Part shown: one piece after another, positions 47,843 to 58,064 of the stretch
Position numbering within the stretch: the stretch's first letter is position 1
Layout: each line of letters starts with the position of its first letter
Assembly: GCA_965227775.1 (NCBI GenBank)
Contig: OZ245777.1
Location: 2,400,001 to 2,464,000 of the forward strand
DNA: 64,000 nt
Source: Phycisphaerales bacterium
GTDB taxonomy: Bacteria; Planctomycetota; Phycisphaerae; Phycisphaerales; UBA1924
Reading direction: 5' to 3'
Program-made: the position numbers and the translations under genes
Notes under the pieces: generated by a model
Database searches by the model: none
Told to the model about the DNA's origin: nothing
What the model saw: the letters and a program-made list of their open reading frames with translations, nothing else

Positions 47843-49941
47843 ATCTGTACCTTCCGGTTGTAGACGTACCACTCGAGCATCATGACCGCCAGGGCCGCGG
47901 CGATGAGCCAGGGCCAGAGCGGTTGCGGAGCCCGATCGCGACCATCCTGATCGACCGCAGCGCCCACACGTTCGGTGCGTATCACCAACTCGCGCTTCGG
48001 CGTGACATCCGAAGCCTGGCTGCTGGCGAGATTGACCGCGAAGCGGCGCTCGCTGCGGCTCCCGTCGATTGTGTCGCTCGGGCCTGGGGGGCCGTCCCAT
48101 GCCAGGGTATAGAGGCCGATCTCATTCAGCGGACCGGCGATAGCCTGTCCCGAATCGTCGACGGCGATGGTGAATCGGTCTCCAGCAGGTGGCAACAGCT
48201 GTGCCGTGTCGACGCCGGTCGGTAGGGTCTCGCCGCGCGCGACACCCGGCCGGCTTGCGGGGCGGGCATCGCCCGGTCCGCCATCGGTGACATGGCGGAC
48301 CGACTGGCCGAGGAACACAATAAAGCTGGGCTCGAGCCACCAGTTGCTCTCGTCGATGTCCCACGGCACGACGACTGCACGTGTGCGTGCCGAAGACAAC
48401 CCGACGATTGCCGGACCGACGCCGGCGGACGCGATCACCGTTGCTGATCCATCTTCGCTGGTTTCGACGAGGCGGCTCTTGGCCAAACGCACGGCCGAGA
48501 GCGCAAGACCGCGGAGCGTTGGGTGATCACGGCGCCAATCAACAATCTCCGTCGGAGCGCCCTCGCCCCGATCGATGAGCGAAGACGGCCCGGTTGGAAC
48601 AGCATCGAAGACCAGCCAACTTCCAGGAGGCAGTCCCAAATCGCTGCCTTCGGGAACATCTGGCAGCCATCCATCGAGCACTACGACGTCGAAGCGGCTG
48701 AACGGGTCGTCGATCGACTCGAACGACTCTGGCGTGAACACCTCCACCCGCTCGACGGGCAGGGCCGACAGCGCGTCGCTAAGCACGAGGCTGCCATACG
48801 TCACCAGCGCGAGTCGCAGCCGCTTGGCGCCCGGGAGTACGACCCAGGCCTGGTCATCGCGGTCAAACACGTCCGGTGCATCACCGGTCGAGGCATCAAG
48901 AATGCGCGCTTCGATGACCGCCGCGCCGGGCCGTCGGACCTGGAACTCAACGCCGCTGGAAGTCGCGGTGACCAGCTCGACTGCCTCTCCGTCTTCGGTT
49001 GTTCGCTGCTCGATCGTCGCGGGCGGCAACGCAAGGCGGCGGGCGGCGACGGTGTTGCCATCGATCAACAACTCGACCGCAACGCTCGATTGCTCTCGCA
49101 TGGTCGACTGGAGCCCGACGAGGACGGAGACCTCTTCCGGCTGGCGGAGCTGGCGTCGGGCATCAAGAGCGGTGATACCGAGGTTTCCGGTCGCGGTCTG
49201 GCCCAGTGAAATGAACGACACCTCGTCCGCCGCGTGCAGGTCGACGGCTTCGCCGCCCTCGGGCCGTCCGTCGCTGAACACGTGGATCGTGCCCACGCTG
49301 CCGGGTAGTGGCTCGGCCGCTTCACCCTCGGCCTCGGCCGGCGGGGCTTGCAGCGGCGCTTGAGCGCGGACAAGCCGGAGCGGCTCATCGAGACGACTGG
49401 GTGCGTCGCTCGGCTCGATCGATTCGATCGCTTCGCGAAGCAGCCGCTTGTCGGTGGTAAACGGCTGGAGCATCTCGGCCGTGCTATCGAACCCGACGAC
49501 CATGGCCTGATCGGCCTCGGTCACGCCAAAGACGCCCGGCTCGCGGAGCGTCTCGACGAATTCGAGCGCACGGCGCTTGGCTTCATCGAGCCTGGTGATC
49601 GCATTGCCGTTCTCGTCAACGCCGTCGACGACCCGCATAGAAGCACCCCGATCGATGACGATCGCATGCCGGCCCGTGGCCGTCCGCTCGCCCTCGATCT
49701 GCGGCTGCCCGAGCGCCAGGAGCACGGCAGCGAGCGCGAGCAACTGCAGGAGCAAGAGGATGTTCTTACGGAGCCGCTGGAACGGCGCATTTGCCTGCAG
49801 ATCCTGCACGGCCTTCTTCCACAAGAGTGTGGAGCTGATCTCGATGTCCTGGCGCCGCAGCTTCAGGAAGTACAGCAACAGCATGCTCGGCACCGCAATG
49901 GCTGCCGCGATGCCGGCGATGGTGGGGGTGAGCCAGGTCAT
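47839..49941 (-). CDS. BatA N-terminal and VWA domain membrane protein
   Basis: PSMLLLYFLK..SSTLLW..LLLLQLL (BatA), VIDRGAS (degenerate MIDAS), FSDG and C-terminal LWPWL..LEW. Confidence 0.88.
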   Translation of the reverse strand: MTWLTPTIAGIAAAIAVPSMLLLYFLKLRRQDIEISSTLLWKKAVQDLQANAPFQRLRKNILLLLQLLALAAVLLALGQPQIEGERTATGRHAIVIDRGASMRVVDGVDENGNAITRLDEAKRRALEFVETLREPGVFGVTEADQAMVVGFDSTAEMLQPFTTDKRLLREAIESIEPSDAPSRLDEPLRLVRAQAPLQAPPAEAEGEAAEPLPGSVGTIHVFSDGRPEGGEAVDLHAADEVSFISLGQTATGNLGITALDARRQLRQPEEVSVLVGLQSTMREQSSVAVELLIDGNTVAARRLALPPATIEQRTTEDGEAVELVTATSSGVEFQVRRPGAAVIEARILDASTGDAPDVFDRDDQAWVVLPGAKRLRLALVTYGSLVLSDALSALPVERVEVFTPESFESIDDPFSRFDVVVLDGWLPDVPEGSDLGLPPGSWLVFDAVPTGPSSLIDRGEGAPTEIVDWRRDHPTLRGLALSAVRLAKSRLVETSEDGSATVIASAGVGPAIVGLSSARTRAVVVPWDIDESNWWLEPSFIVFLGQSVRHVTDGGPGDARPASRPGVARGETLPTGVDTAQLLPPAGDRFTIAVDDSGQAIAGPLNEIGLYTLAWDGPPGPSDTIDGSRSERRFAVNLASSQASDVTPKRELVIRTERVGAAVDQDGRDRAPQPLWPWLIAAALAVMMLEWYVYNRKVQI

Positions 49942-50300
49942 GACTTGGCTCCTATCGCATTCATCAGCTCTCGCGCCGGTCCGTAGTCCGGATGGCGTTC
50001 CTGTAGGGATGAGAGTACCTCTTCGGCACGCTGGATGTCGCCAGCCTTGTGCACTAATCGAGCAAAGTGGACGGCAACATCACTCATGCGTGGCGCTACC
50101 GCATAACTTGCGGCTGCGTAAAGGAGAGCCATAGGCGCGTCGTCCAATGCTGCGACACAACGCGAGAGCCACAGGCCTGTCTTGCCGTGGGGAAGTAGCT
50201 TCCAAGACTCTTCGAGCACCGGCAGCGCAGAGGACCAATCCCCGCGATGAGCAAGTTCAGAACCTTGGCAATAGAGCTCGTAGGCGCGATCGCTGGTCAT
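49938..50300 (-). CDS. Small TPR-like hypothetical protein inserted in the operon
   Basis: ATGA overlaps at both ends, a helical TPR-like pattern, and visibly more A/T-ending codons than its neighbours. Confidence 0.65.
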   Translation of the reverse strand: MTSDRAYELYCQGSELAHRGDWSSALPVLEESWKLLPHGKTGLWLSRCVAALDDAPMALLYAAASYAVAPRMSDVAVHFARLVHKAGDIQRAEEVLSSLQERHPDYGPARELMNAIGAKS

Positions 50301-51226
50301 CGCAGTACCCCACGCTTGCGCAGGTAGTCCATCAGCAGCGTGTCGATGGGCGTGTCGCTGCGCACGGTCATGTGGGTGATCTCGCGGGCGGCACAGAAGT
50401 GCTGGACTTCGCGCATGTAGGCCTCGACAACCTTCTTGTATCGCTTGAGAAGGGGCGCCGAGATGGTGACCTCCGCGTAGTCGCGGTCCTCGACATCGCG
50501 CAAGCGCAGGTCACCACCGACGGTCGGGGCAAGCTCTTGCGGGCTCATGACCTGCAGCACGATGAGGTCGTACCCACGACCAGCGAGCAGGCGCAGGCCG
50601 TCCTGGTAGCCCTCCTTGATGAGCAGGTCGCTGAGGACGACCATGACGCCCTTGCCGGTACGCGAGAGGGCGATGCGCTTGCAAGCATCTGTGAACGGCA
50701 GGTCGCCGCCCGGCTCGAGGCTGCACATCCAGCGGCCCATCTCGTGGACGCGACGCCGGCCTCTGAGATTGCGCACGCTGGTGAGCACGCCCGTTCCATC
50801 CTCGGCTCGCGCGATGGCAGTCGCAGAAACGCGATTGAGGTTCACCAGACCGATGTACCCCAGCGCCATCGCGGCACGCTGCATGAACGTGAACTTGTTC
50901 GGCGATCCGCAGTCGGCGGATCCGCTGCAATCAAGAACAACGTGCAGCGAGAGGTCTTCCTCTTCCTGGAACAACTTGAGGAACAGGCGATCAAGGCGGC
51001 CGTAGATATTCCAGTCGACGTGCCGAAGATCATCGCCGCTGACGTATGGCCTGTGGTCGGCAAACTCGACGGACTCGCCGCGCTTCTTGCTGCGCCGCTC
51101 GCCCTGGACCTTGCCGCGGAAGATCTTGCCGCTCTGGAGGTCAACACGCGACAACTGCGCCACAAGATTGGCATCGAGCAAATCGTCGACGGTCGCGGGG
51201 CGTTTTGGGGAGGCGTCCTTGAGCAT
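50297..51226 (-). CDS. DUF58 domain-containing protein
   Basis: G.SVEFADHRPYVSGDDLRHVDW, LDCSGS and LSD. Confidence 0.93.
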   Translation of the reverse strand: MLKDASPKRPATVDDLLDANLVAQLSRVDLQSGKIFRGKVQGERRSKKRGESVEFADHRPYVSGDDLRHVDWNIYGRLDRLFLKLFQEEEDLSLHVVLDCSGSADCGSPNKFTFMQRAAMALGYIGLVNLNRVSATAIARAEDGTGVLTSVRNLRGRRRVHEMGRWMCSLEPGGDLPFTDACKRIALSRTGKGVMVVLSDLLIKEGYQDGLRLLAGRGYDLIVLQVMSPQELAPTVGGDLRLRDVEDRDYAEVTISAPLLKRYKKVVEAYMREVQHFCAAREITHMTVRSDTPIDTLLMDYLRKRGVLR

Positions 51227-51228
51227 GG

Positions 51229-51879
51229 TTAGCAGTAGAGTTCTTCTAGCGACTGATACGCAAGCCGTTCGCCGACCAGCGAACGAAGATCTTCGACAAG
51301 TGGCTGCACTGCCTTGTCGAACGCCCGAAGCATCTCCTTGTATTGGTTGTCGTGTTCCTCGAAGGCGTCAGAAAATGTCCCATCGAGAGACGGATGCGCG
51401 AAGAGCTCTTCTCGCTGGTCATACATACTGGACAGATGGTCGGCTTCGATGAGGGCGTGCATAACTCTCGATGCGAAGTGGAGCCATCCGAGATCGTCGT
51501 TTCCATTGAGCGCGTTCGGCTCGATTCCAAGGAGCCGCAACGGAACCGGGTCGCCGTAAGGAGGGCCACAGATAGGCGAGATGCCCCATTTTGAGTCGAA
51601 GTTGATCCACAAAGACGAGCGATTGTCCAGCGACTCACTGAGCTCAGCTGCGGTGGTTTCTGAAAGCGACTTGTGGGCTAGGTTGGTTGGTGCGGTCTCG
51701 AGCAGAGCCCTTTGGCTCTCGGGCTCGGTCGTAGTAACGAAGCGGAGGTACACACCTGATTCCATTGCAATGGAATCAACGCGCGTTTGAGAGGCAAGCA
51801 AGTTAGCGCGCAGCGGATAGATCAGGTAGCAACCACCCTCCGAGCGATCCGCGTACTGCGCCGTTGCCTCAACAATCAT
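51229..51879 (-). CDS. Hypothetical protein inserted between moxR and DUF58
   Basis: A 216-aa ORF exactly filling the gap, with atypical (lower GC) codon usage and no recognised motif. Confidence 0.6.
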   Translation of the reverse strand: MIVEATAQYADRSEGGCYLIYPLRANLLASQTRVDSIAMESGVYLRFVTTTEPESQRALLETAPTNLAHKSLSETTAAELSESLDNRSSLWINFDSKWGISPICGPPYGDPVPLRLLGIEPNALNGNDDLGWLHFASRVMHALIEADHLSSMYDQREELFAHPSLDGTFSDAFEEHDNQYKEMLRAFDKAVQPLVEDLRSLVGERLAYQSLEELYC

Positions 51880-51889
51880 GACACTGATT

Positions 51890-52939
<1,050 letters not shown>

Positions 52940-52964
52940 GGTGATTCACTCCTGCCTGGCGGTG

Positions 52965-55900
52965 CTATCGATCCTCGAACTCGTCGCGCGTGCGCTTCTT
53001 GGCCTTGAGCAGACGCGACATGCCCTGCTCTTCTTCTTCCGACGCTGCATCCTGCTTGGGCTTGGGAGCCTGCTTCGGCACGCCGTCGGCGGCGCCTTCG
53101 ACAACGCTGCCCTTCTGCCGCTTGAGATCCTCGTCTGAGACCTCGAAGCGTGCCTTCGCGGTCGCCTGTTGCTCGCTGGCCCGCATCGCGGCGCGGACCT
53201 TCTGGCTCGGGCCCTCGTCGGGGCGCTTCAGGCGGTCCTGGGCCTTGGCCCGTGCGGCTCGCAGCGCGTCGATCTGCTGAGACTGGGTCTGCTGCTTGGA
53301 GTTCAGCGCTTTTTGCACGAATCGGCCGATGCCGCGGACGTCGACGCGGACACGCCGGACACCCACGTCGAGTAGGAAGAGCCCGATGCCGATCATCGCG
53401 ACGAGCAGCCAGATGCTCTGCAGCGCGACGGGCATCTCCAGGCCCTGTCGACGCCACGGGTTGGTTGTTTCATCAACCGCGTCTGGGGACAGCACCTGCC
53501 CGCCCGTGATCTCGGCGACCTGGCGGAGCAGCGCCTCGTTCGTGCGGGTTGCGCGGAACTCGTCGGCGAATGGTCGGTCGATGGCCGCTCGGGCCGTGCC
53601 GCGAAGGCGCTGGCCGTCGCTCCCGGGGGCGTCGTAATTCAGGCTCAGCAGGTACGAGCCAGACAGCTCGGTCTGGTAGACACCTTCATAGATGCCAGGC
53701 CCGGTCTGCTGGAGCGAGACATCGATGCCCGTGCCATCAGGCGCCGCCAGGCGCCCATTGATGGTCGCGAAGTTCATCCGCTGGCCTGCGGCGTCCGTTG
53801 CCTCGACGACGACGCGGGTGCGATCCCCTTCGCGCGTGGTGACAACGCGGACGTTCGCGTCGCCGCTCGCACGCATGGTCCAGCGGACGTGCTGCTCCCA
53901 GAACTGCTTGTAATCACCCCAGGCCAGCCACATCGGGTTCCAGCGGCTGAGCGCGTCGCTCGTGTAGGTGATGACGCGACCCAGACCGTGCTGCCACTGG
54001 GCCATCACCGGGTCGTTCTCTTGCCCGCGCATCGTGACGACCGACATGCCCTCGCGATCGCCGGCGACGACATATCCGCTGATTGGCGGCACGCCCCTGA
54101 TGCCTCGTGAAGCTTCGGTCAGACCGGGCGTGAACGCGGGCACAAACGGCGTCCCTTCCCAGACAAGCGGCCGGCTGATCGTCTGAGCCTCGCGGATGAA
54201 GATCTCGGGAAGTTGCGCCTTGCTGTTGGCGATCGTCACCGGGTAGTACCGGCCCTTGGTCGCCGCGGCGATCTCCTGCATGAGCGCGTCGTTGCTGAAA
54301 TCGCCGATCGTGACGGTCGAGATCGAGATATTGGTCTGCAGGGCCCGGCGGATGATTGTCTGGAATTCGCGGCTGCTGCCCATCGTCTGGCCGTCGCTCA
54401 GCACGATGATGTGCTTGACGGCCGCGGGCGCGTTCTCCAGTTGTTCGAGCGCCATGATCAGGCCGGGAGCCATATTCGTGCCGCCGCCGACCTGCATGCG
54501 CCGGATTGCCGAGGCGAACGCGCCGCGATCGGAGAGCTCGGCCAGCGGCATGACGAGGCCGGCCGAGCTATCGAAGCGGATAACCGATGCCATGTCGCGG
54601 GCCGACAGCGTGTTGATGCCCGCCAGCGCGCCCTCTTTGGCGATATCAAGCTGGCTCTGCCCGAGCCCGCCCACGCTACCGCCCATCGAACCGGAAGTAT
54701 CGATCACGATCGCGATCGCGCCCTTGGGGAGCTGTCGCTTCTGCGGCGGGTCGAGACGGATGGGCAGCGCGTCCTCGAGGGGGCTGTTGATCCACCCACC
54801 AGCGCCAAACGCGTTCGGCCCGCCCATCATGACCAGGCCGCCACCCGCGTCATGTACATATTGGCGGAGCTGATCCATCGCCATGCGGCTGAAGTTCGCC
54901 GCCGGCTGATTCATGAGCACGATCGCGTCGTACGCACCCAAACCCACGAGGCTGTCGGGCATCGCTGCAGAGGGCCGGGCCTCGACCATGACCCCGGCCT
55001 CGGTCAATGCCGAAACAAACGGCTGGGCCGTCGGCGGATCCTCGACGAGCACGAGCACCTTGCCCTCGCCTGCGACGAACGTGGTCGCCAAGGCTCGGTT
55101 GTTCTCAAGAATGGTATCGCTCGCTGCGGCAGCATCGGGCTCGAAGATCGCCTCGAACCGCAGCACCTCGGTGCTCGGAATGCGGATCGGCACGACGAAG
55201 GTGTTCAGGCCCGGATCGAGATCGACGCGAACGCCCGGGCCGGGTCCTTCGGCGGCGATGTTGATTGGTGAGCCGTTCGCGGTGATTGTGAGCGTGCCGC
55301 TGCTCGTGCTGTTCGAGCGCATGGCCACGCGGAGGTTGGCGTTCTCGCCCATGCGCGCCGTCGCGGGAGCCAGGATCTGCTCGACGATCACCTCATCCTG
55401 GTAGTTGTACCGCAGCGGGAGCACGTCGATCGGCACACCCTGCGCGCGGGCCGAACGCGCTTCGGCGAGAAGGTCGCCCGTCGTCTCGTTGCCATCGGTC
55501 ATGAGCACGACGCGGTATGCGGCGTCGGTTGGGCGCACCGCCAGGGCGAGGCGGATGGCTTCGGCGATGTTCGTCTGGTCGGTGCGGCCCGCAAATGCCC
55601 GGTCGATCTCGGGCGTCATCGTCCTGGGCAGGTGCTCGATGATCGCTTCGCCCGCGACGGCAACCGCGCCGATGCGGTCGGTGGGCTCTTTGCCCTGCTC
55701 GGCGGCCTCGCGTACGAACGAGCGCGCTCGTTCTTGCACGCTGGTTGGCACCGAGCGGCTCATGTCGACGACGATGGTGGCGGCGACGTCTTCGGCCGCA
55801 TCGCGAGAGGACGGTCGTGCCAGCGATGCGACGAGCATGGCGATGACCAGCAGTCGCACGCCCAGAGCGACGCGACGGCCATTGGTCGCCATGCCCGACA

Positions 55901-56015
55901 GGCTTTTCCGTCCGATGACAACTGCCAACGGGATGAGGATTGCCAGCAGCCAGAACCACTGGGGCTGAGCAAACTCCACGGGTCCGACCCTTAGGACCGC
56001 CAGCACCGCTAGCAA
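52965..56015 (-). CDS. Membrane-anchored protein with two VWA domains and a GATase-like domain
   Basis: Intact MIDAS motifs DMSRS and DTSGS, TDG/SDG, GGGLVMMGG..FGAGGW and a C-terminal TM helix. Start is uncertain (TTG 56015 or GTG 56006). Confidence 0.88.
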   Translation of the reverse strand: MLAVLAVLRVGPVEFAQPQWFWLLAILIPLAVVIGRKSLSGMATNGRRVALGVRLLVIAMLVASLARPSSRDAAEDVAATIVVDMSRSVPTSVQERARSFVREAAEQGKEPTDRIGAVAVAGEAIIEHLPRTMTPEIDRAFAGRTDQTNIAEAIRLALAVRPTDAAYRVVLMTDGNETTGDLLAEARSARAQGVPIDVLPLRYNYQDEVIVEQILAPATARMGENANLRVAMRSNSTSSGTLTITANGSPINIAAEGPGPGVRVDLDPGLNTFVVPIRIPSTEVLRFEAIFEPDAAAASDTILENNRALATTFVAGEGKVLVLVEDPPTAQPFVSALTEAGVMVEARPSAAMPDSLVGLGAYDAIVLMNQPAANFSRMAMDQLRQYVHDAGGGLVMMGGPNAFGAGGWINSPLEDALPIRLDPPQKRQLPKGAIAIVIDTSGSMGGSVGGLGQSQLDIAKEGALAGINTLSARDMASVIRFDSSAGLVMPLAELSDRGAFASAIRRMQVGGGTNMAPGLIMALEQLENAPAAVKHIIVLSDGQTMGSSREFQTIIRRALQTNISISTVTIGDFSNDALMQEIAAATKGRYYPVTIANSKAQLPEIFIREAQTISRPLVWEGTPFVPAFTPGLTEASRGIRGVPPISGYVVAGDREGMSVVTMRGQENDPVMAQWQHGLGRVITYTSDALSRWNPMWLAWGDYKQFWEQHVRWTMRASGDANVRVVTTREGDRTRVVVEATDAAGQRMNFATINGRLAAPDGTGIDVSLQQTGPGIYEGVYQTELSGSYLLSLNYDAPGSDGQRLRGTARAAIDRPFADEFRATRTNEALLRQVAEITGGQVLSPDAVDETTNPWRRQGLEMPVALQSIWLLVAMIGIGLFLLDVGVRRVRVDVRGIGRFVQKALNSKQQTQSQQIDALRAARAKAQDRLKRPDEGPSQKVRAAMRASEQQATAKARFEVSDEDLKRQKGSVVEGAADGVPKQAPKPKQDAASEEEEQGMSRLLKAKKRTRDEFEDR

Positions 56016-56360
56016 GAGCCACCCCGCCGATGCAGGGCCGCAGCCGTCGCGGGTGTCATAAGGGATCGGGGAGGCAACATTGAGTGCTGGGTCTCGGATT
56101 GGCTCGGGCGATGGCGAGAATTCGCCTGCTCCCCGATCCTACCGAGATGTCCCGCAAGGGGTTCAAATTGGGCGGCGAAATCGGATTGGACGGACCAGAA
56201 GTCCAAACAAAAAGCTGATCTTGGTGGTGCTCATCTTGACAGCTGCCCGAAACGGATCAACTCGAACGGGCATAAACCCCGTCAAGGACTGCCGTGTCGT
56301 GCTGCGTCCGCATCGTGGATAGGGGTTCCTCCCTGCTCAGAGGATAGAGGGGTATCAATT

Positions 56361-57068
56361 ATGAAGAAGACGATCGCTTTCGCTTCGTTGCTCGCCGTCC
56401 CTGCCGTCGCGTTGGCCCAGGTCACGCCCGTGGGCCCATTCACCGGTGACCTGCAAGAGGGCTTTGACGCCCTTCCCGGCGGCTTCCCGCCGTCCCATCC
56501 GGTGTTCGATGGCACCGCAGAGATGATCAGCACCGGCGGCTCGATGCACACGACGTCAGGTTGGGGCTTCATGTGCACGATCCGCGCGTTCGAAGGTTCC
56601 CGTCTGGCCGCCTCGGCCGGTGGTTTCGTGATCTACGAGTTCACCGATGAGGTGGGCATGTTCGGCGGCTACTTCGGCACCAACGCCGATACCAGCGGCC
56701 CGGACGCCACCGCTCGCTTCCTGGACGCCTCGGGCGCTGTCGTTGACACGGCGACCATCGAGATCGACCCAGACTGCGCCTGGCGTTGGAACGGCTGGGA
56801 GGTTGCCGGCGGCGTCACGAGCATCGAGATCGAGGGTGCGGTCTTCGGCGGCGCGTTCGTCCAGATGGACTCGATGGAGCTGACCTACGGCAGCGCCAGC
56901 TGCTACGCCGACTTCGACGGCGATGGCGACCTGACCATTTTCGACTTCCTCGCGTTCCAGAACGCCTTCGACGCCAGCGATTTGGCTGCCGATTGCGATG
57001 GCGACGGCGACCTGACCATCTTCGACTTCCTTTGCTTCCAGAACGCGTTCGACGCGGGCTGCGAGTAG
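56361..57068 (+). CDS. Secreted protein with C-terminal GC-type dockerin domain
   Basis: Signal peptide MKKTIAFASLLAVPAVALA and C-terminal CYADFDGDGDLTIFDF..DCDGDGDLTIFDF..FDAGCE. Confidence 0.88.
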   Translation: MKKTIAFASLLAVPAVALAQVTPVGPFTGDLQEGFDALPGGFPPSHPVFDGTAEMISTGGSMHTTSGWGFMCTIRAFEGSRLAASAGGFVIYEFTDEVGMFGGYFGTNADTSGPDATARFLDASGAVVDTATIEIDPDCAWRWNGWEVAGGVTSIEIEGAVFGGAFVQMDSMELTYGSASCYADFDGDGDLTIFDFLAFQNAFDASDLAADCDGDGDLTIFDFLCFQNAFDAGCE

Positions 57069-57118
57069 ATCCCCAGGCCGAAATCGGCCTGCTCGCGGAG
57101 CACAGTTCCTGCTGACCC

Positions 57119-57149
57119 AACCACCCCCGCGAACGCGGGGGTGGTTTTT
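57119..57149 (+). terminator. Rho-independent terminator
   Basis: AACCACCCCCGC-GAAC-GCGGGGGTGGTT perfect 12-bp stem ending in a T run, downstream of the dockerin gene. Confidence 0.85.
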
Positions 57150-57212
57150 CGATGCGATGCCGGGGGCTTGAGGTCTTATAACAACAATCTCTGGAACCAG
57201 TTTCCGGTCCTT

Positions 57213-57240
57213 TCAAGTACCCAGTCGGCTCGCCCGATTC
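57213..57240 (+). promoter_or_regulatory. Possible sigma-28 (FliA)-like promoter
   Basis: TCAAG-N15-CCCGATTC upstream of a chemotaxis-like operon, an imperfect match to TCAAG/TAAA-N14-15-GCCGATA. Confidence 0.3.
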
Positions 57241-57277
57241 TCGATGGGGACCCACCATCACCGAAGAGGGCCATCCG

Positions 57278-57676
57278 ATGAACAAAGGGCTCGAAGATGC
57301 CCTCCGCGAGGGCGCCCGACACGTGCTCTGGACGACAATGCAGCTTCCGGCTGAGGAAGCAACGTCTGAATACCAAGATGACCACGCCGCTGTGCGCGTG
57401 GAGGCGCGCTCCGGCAAGGGGCACCGTCTGACCCTGGCTGCGGGTTCCGAAACTGCTGATCGCCTCGTGTCGCTCTTCAGTGGCCGCGAAGCGGGCGCCG
57501 ACGACGATGCTTGTGAAGATGCACTCACCGAATTGGCGTCCATGATCCTGTCTCAGGCAATCGCGATCCCGCACACCGACTCTGGCGCCCGCATCGATAT
57601 GCACACCGAGCACGGTGCGCTCTCGATGCTGATCGAGCGTGACGTCCCAAGTTCCCACGGAGCCCCACAGTCATGA
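57278..57676 (+). CDS. CheX-like chemotaxis protein
   Basis: DALTELASMI resembles the CheX ExxN helix. Correct size, and coupled to a CheY-like gene. Confidence 0.55.
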   Translation: MNKGLEDALREGARHVLWTTMQLPAEEATSEYQDDHAAVRVEARSGKGHRLTLAAGSETADRLVSLFSGREAGADDDACEDALTELASMILSQAIAIPHTDSGARIDMHTEHGALSMLIERDVPSSHGAPQS

Positions 57677-58053
57677 AGATCTTGCTCATCGATGACTCAA
57701 GAACGATGCGTGATATCGCACGCTCGGTGCTGGTCCAGCTTGGCGACGTTGAAGTGCTGGAAGCCTCGAGTGGCGAGGATGGACTGAACATGGCTCGGAC
57801 GATGGTGCCAGATCTCGTGTTAGTCGACGACACGATGCCGGGCATGGATGGCCTTGCGTTCGTCCGGGCGCTTCGCGAGGATGACGATGCAACGCCCGTC
57901 GTGCTTGTGGGCTCAGATAACCGCCAGGAACGTGTCGTCGATGCCGTCAAGGCAGGTGCGAGCAACTACATCGCCAAGCCCTACACGCCCGACCTGTTGA
58001 GCCAGCGCGTGCAAGAGACGTTGAGCACGGCAACACCCCGGCTCGCTTCGTAA
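57673..58053 (+). CDS. Single-domain response regulator (CheY-like)
   Basis: LLIDDS, LVLVDDTMPGMDG and GASNYIAKPY. Confidence 0.9.
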   Translation: MKILLIDDSRTMRDIARSVLVQLGDVEVLEASSGEDGLNMARTMVPDLVLVDDTMPGMDGLAFVRALREDDDATPVVLVGSDNRQERVVDAVKAGASNYIAKPYTPDLLSQRVQETLSTATPRLAS

Positions 58054-58064
58054 GGGCTGCACCG

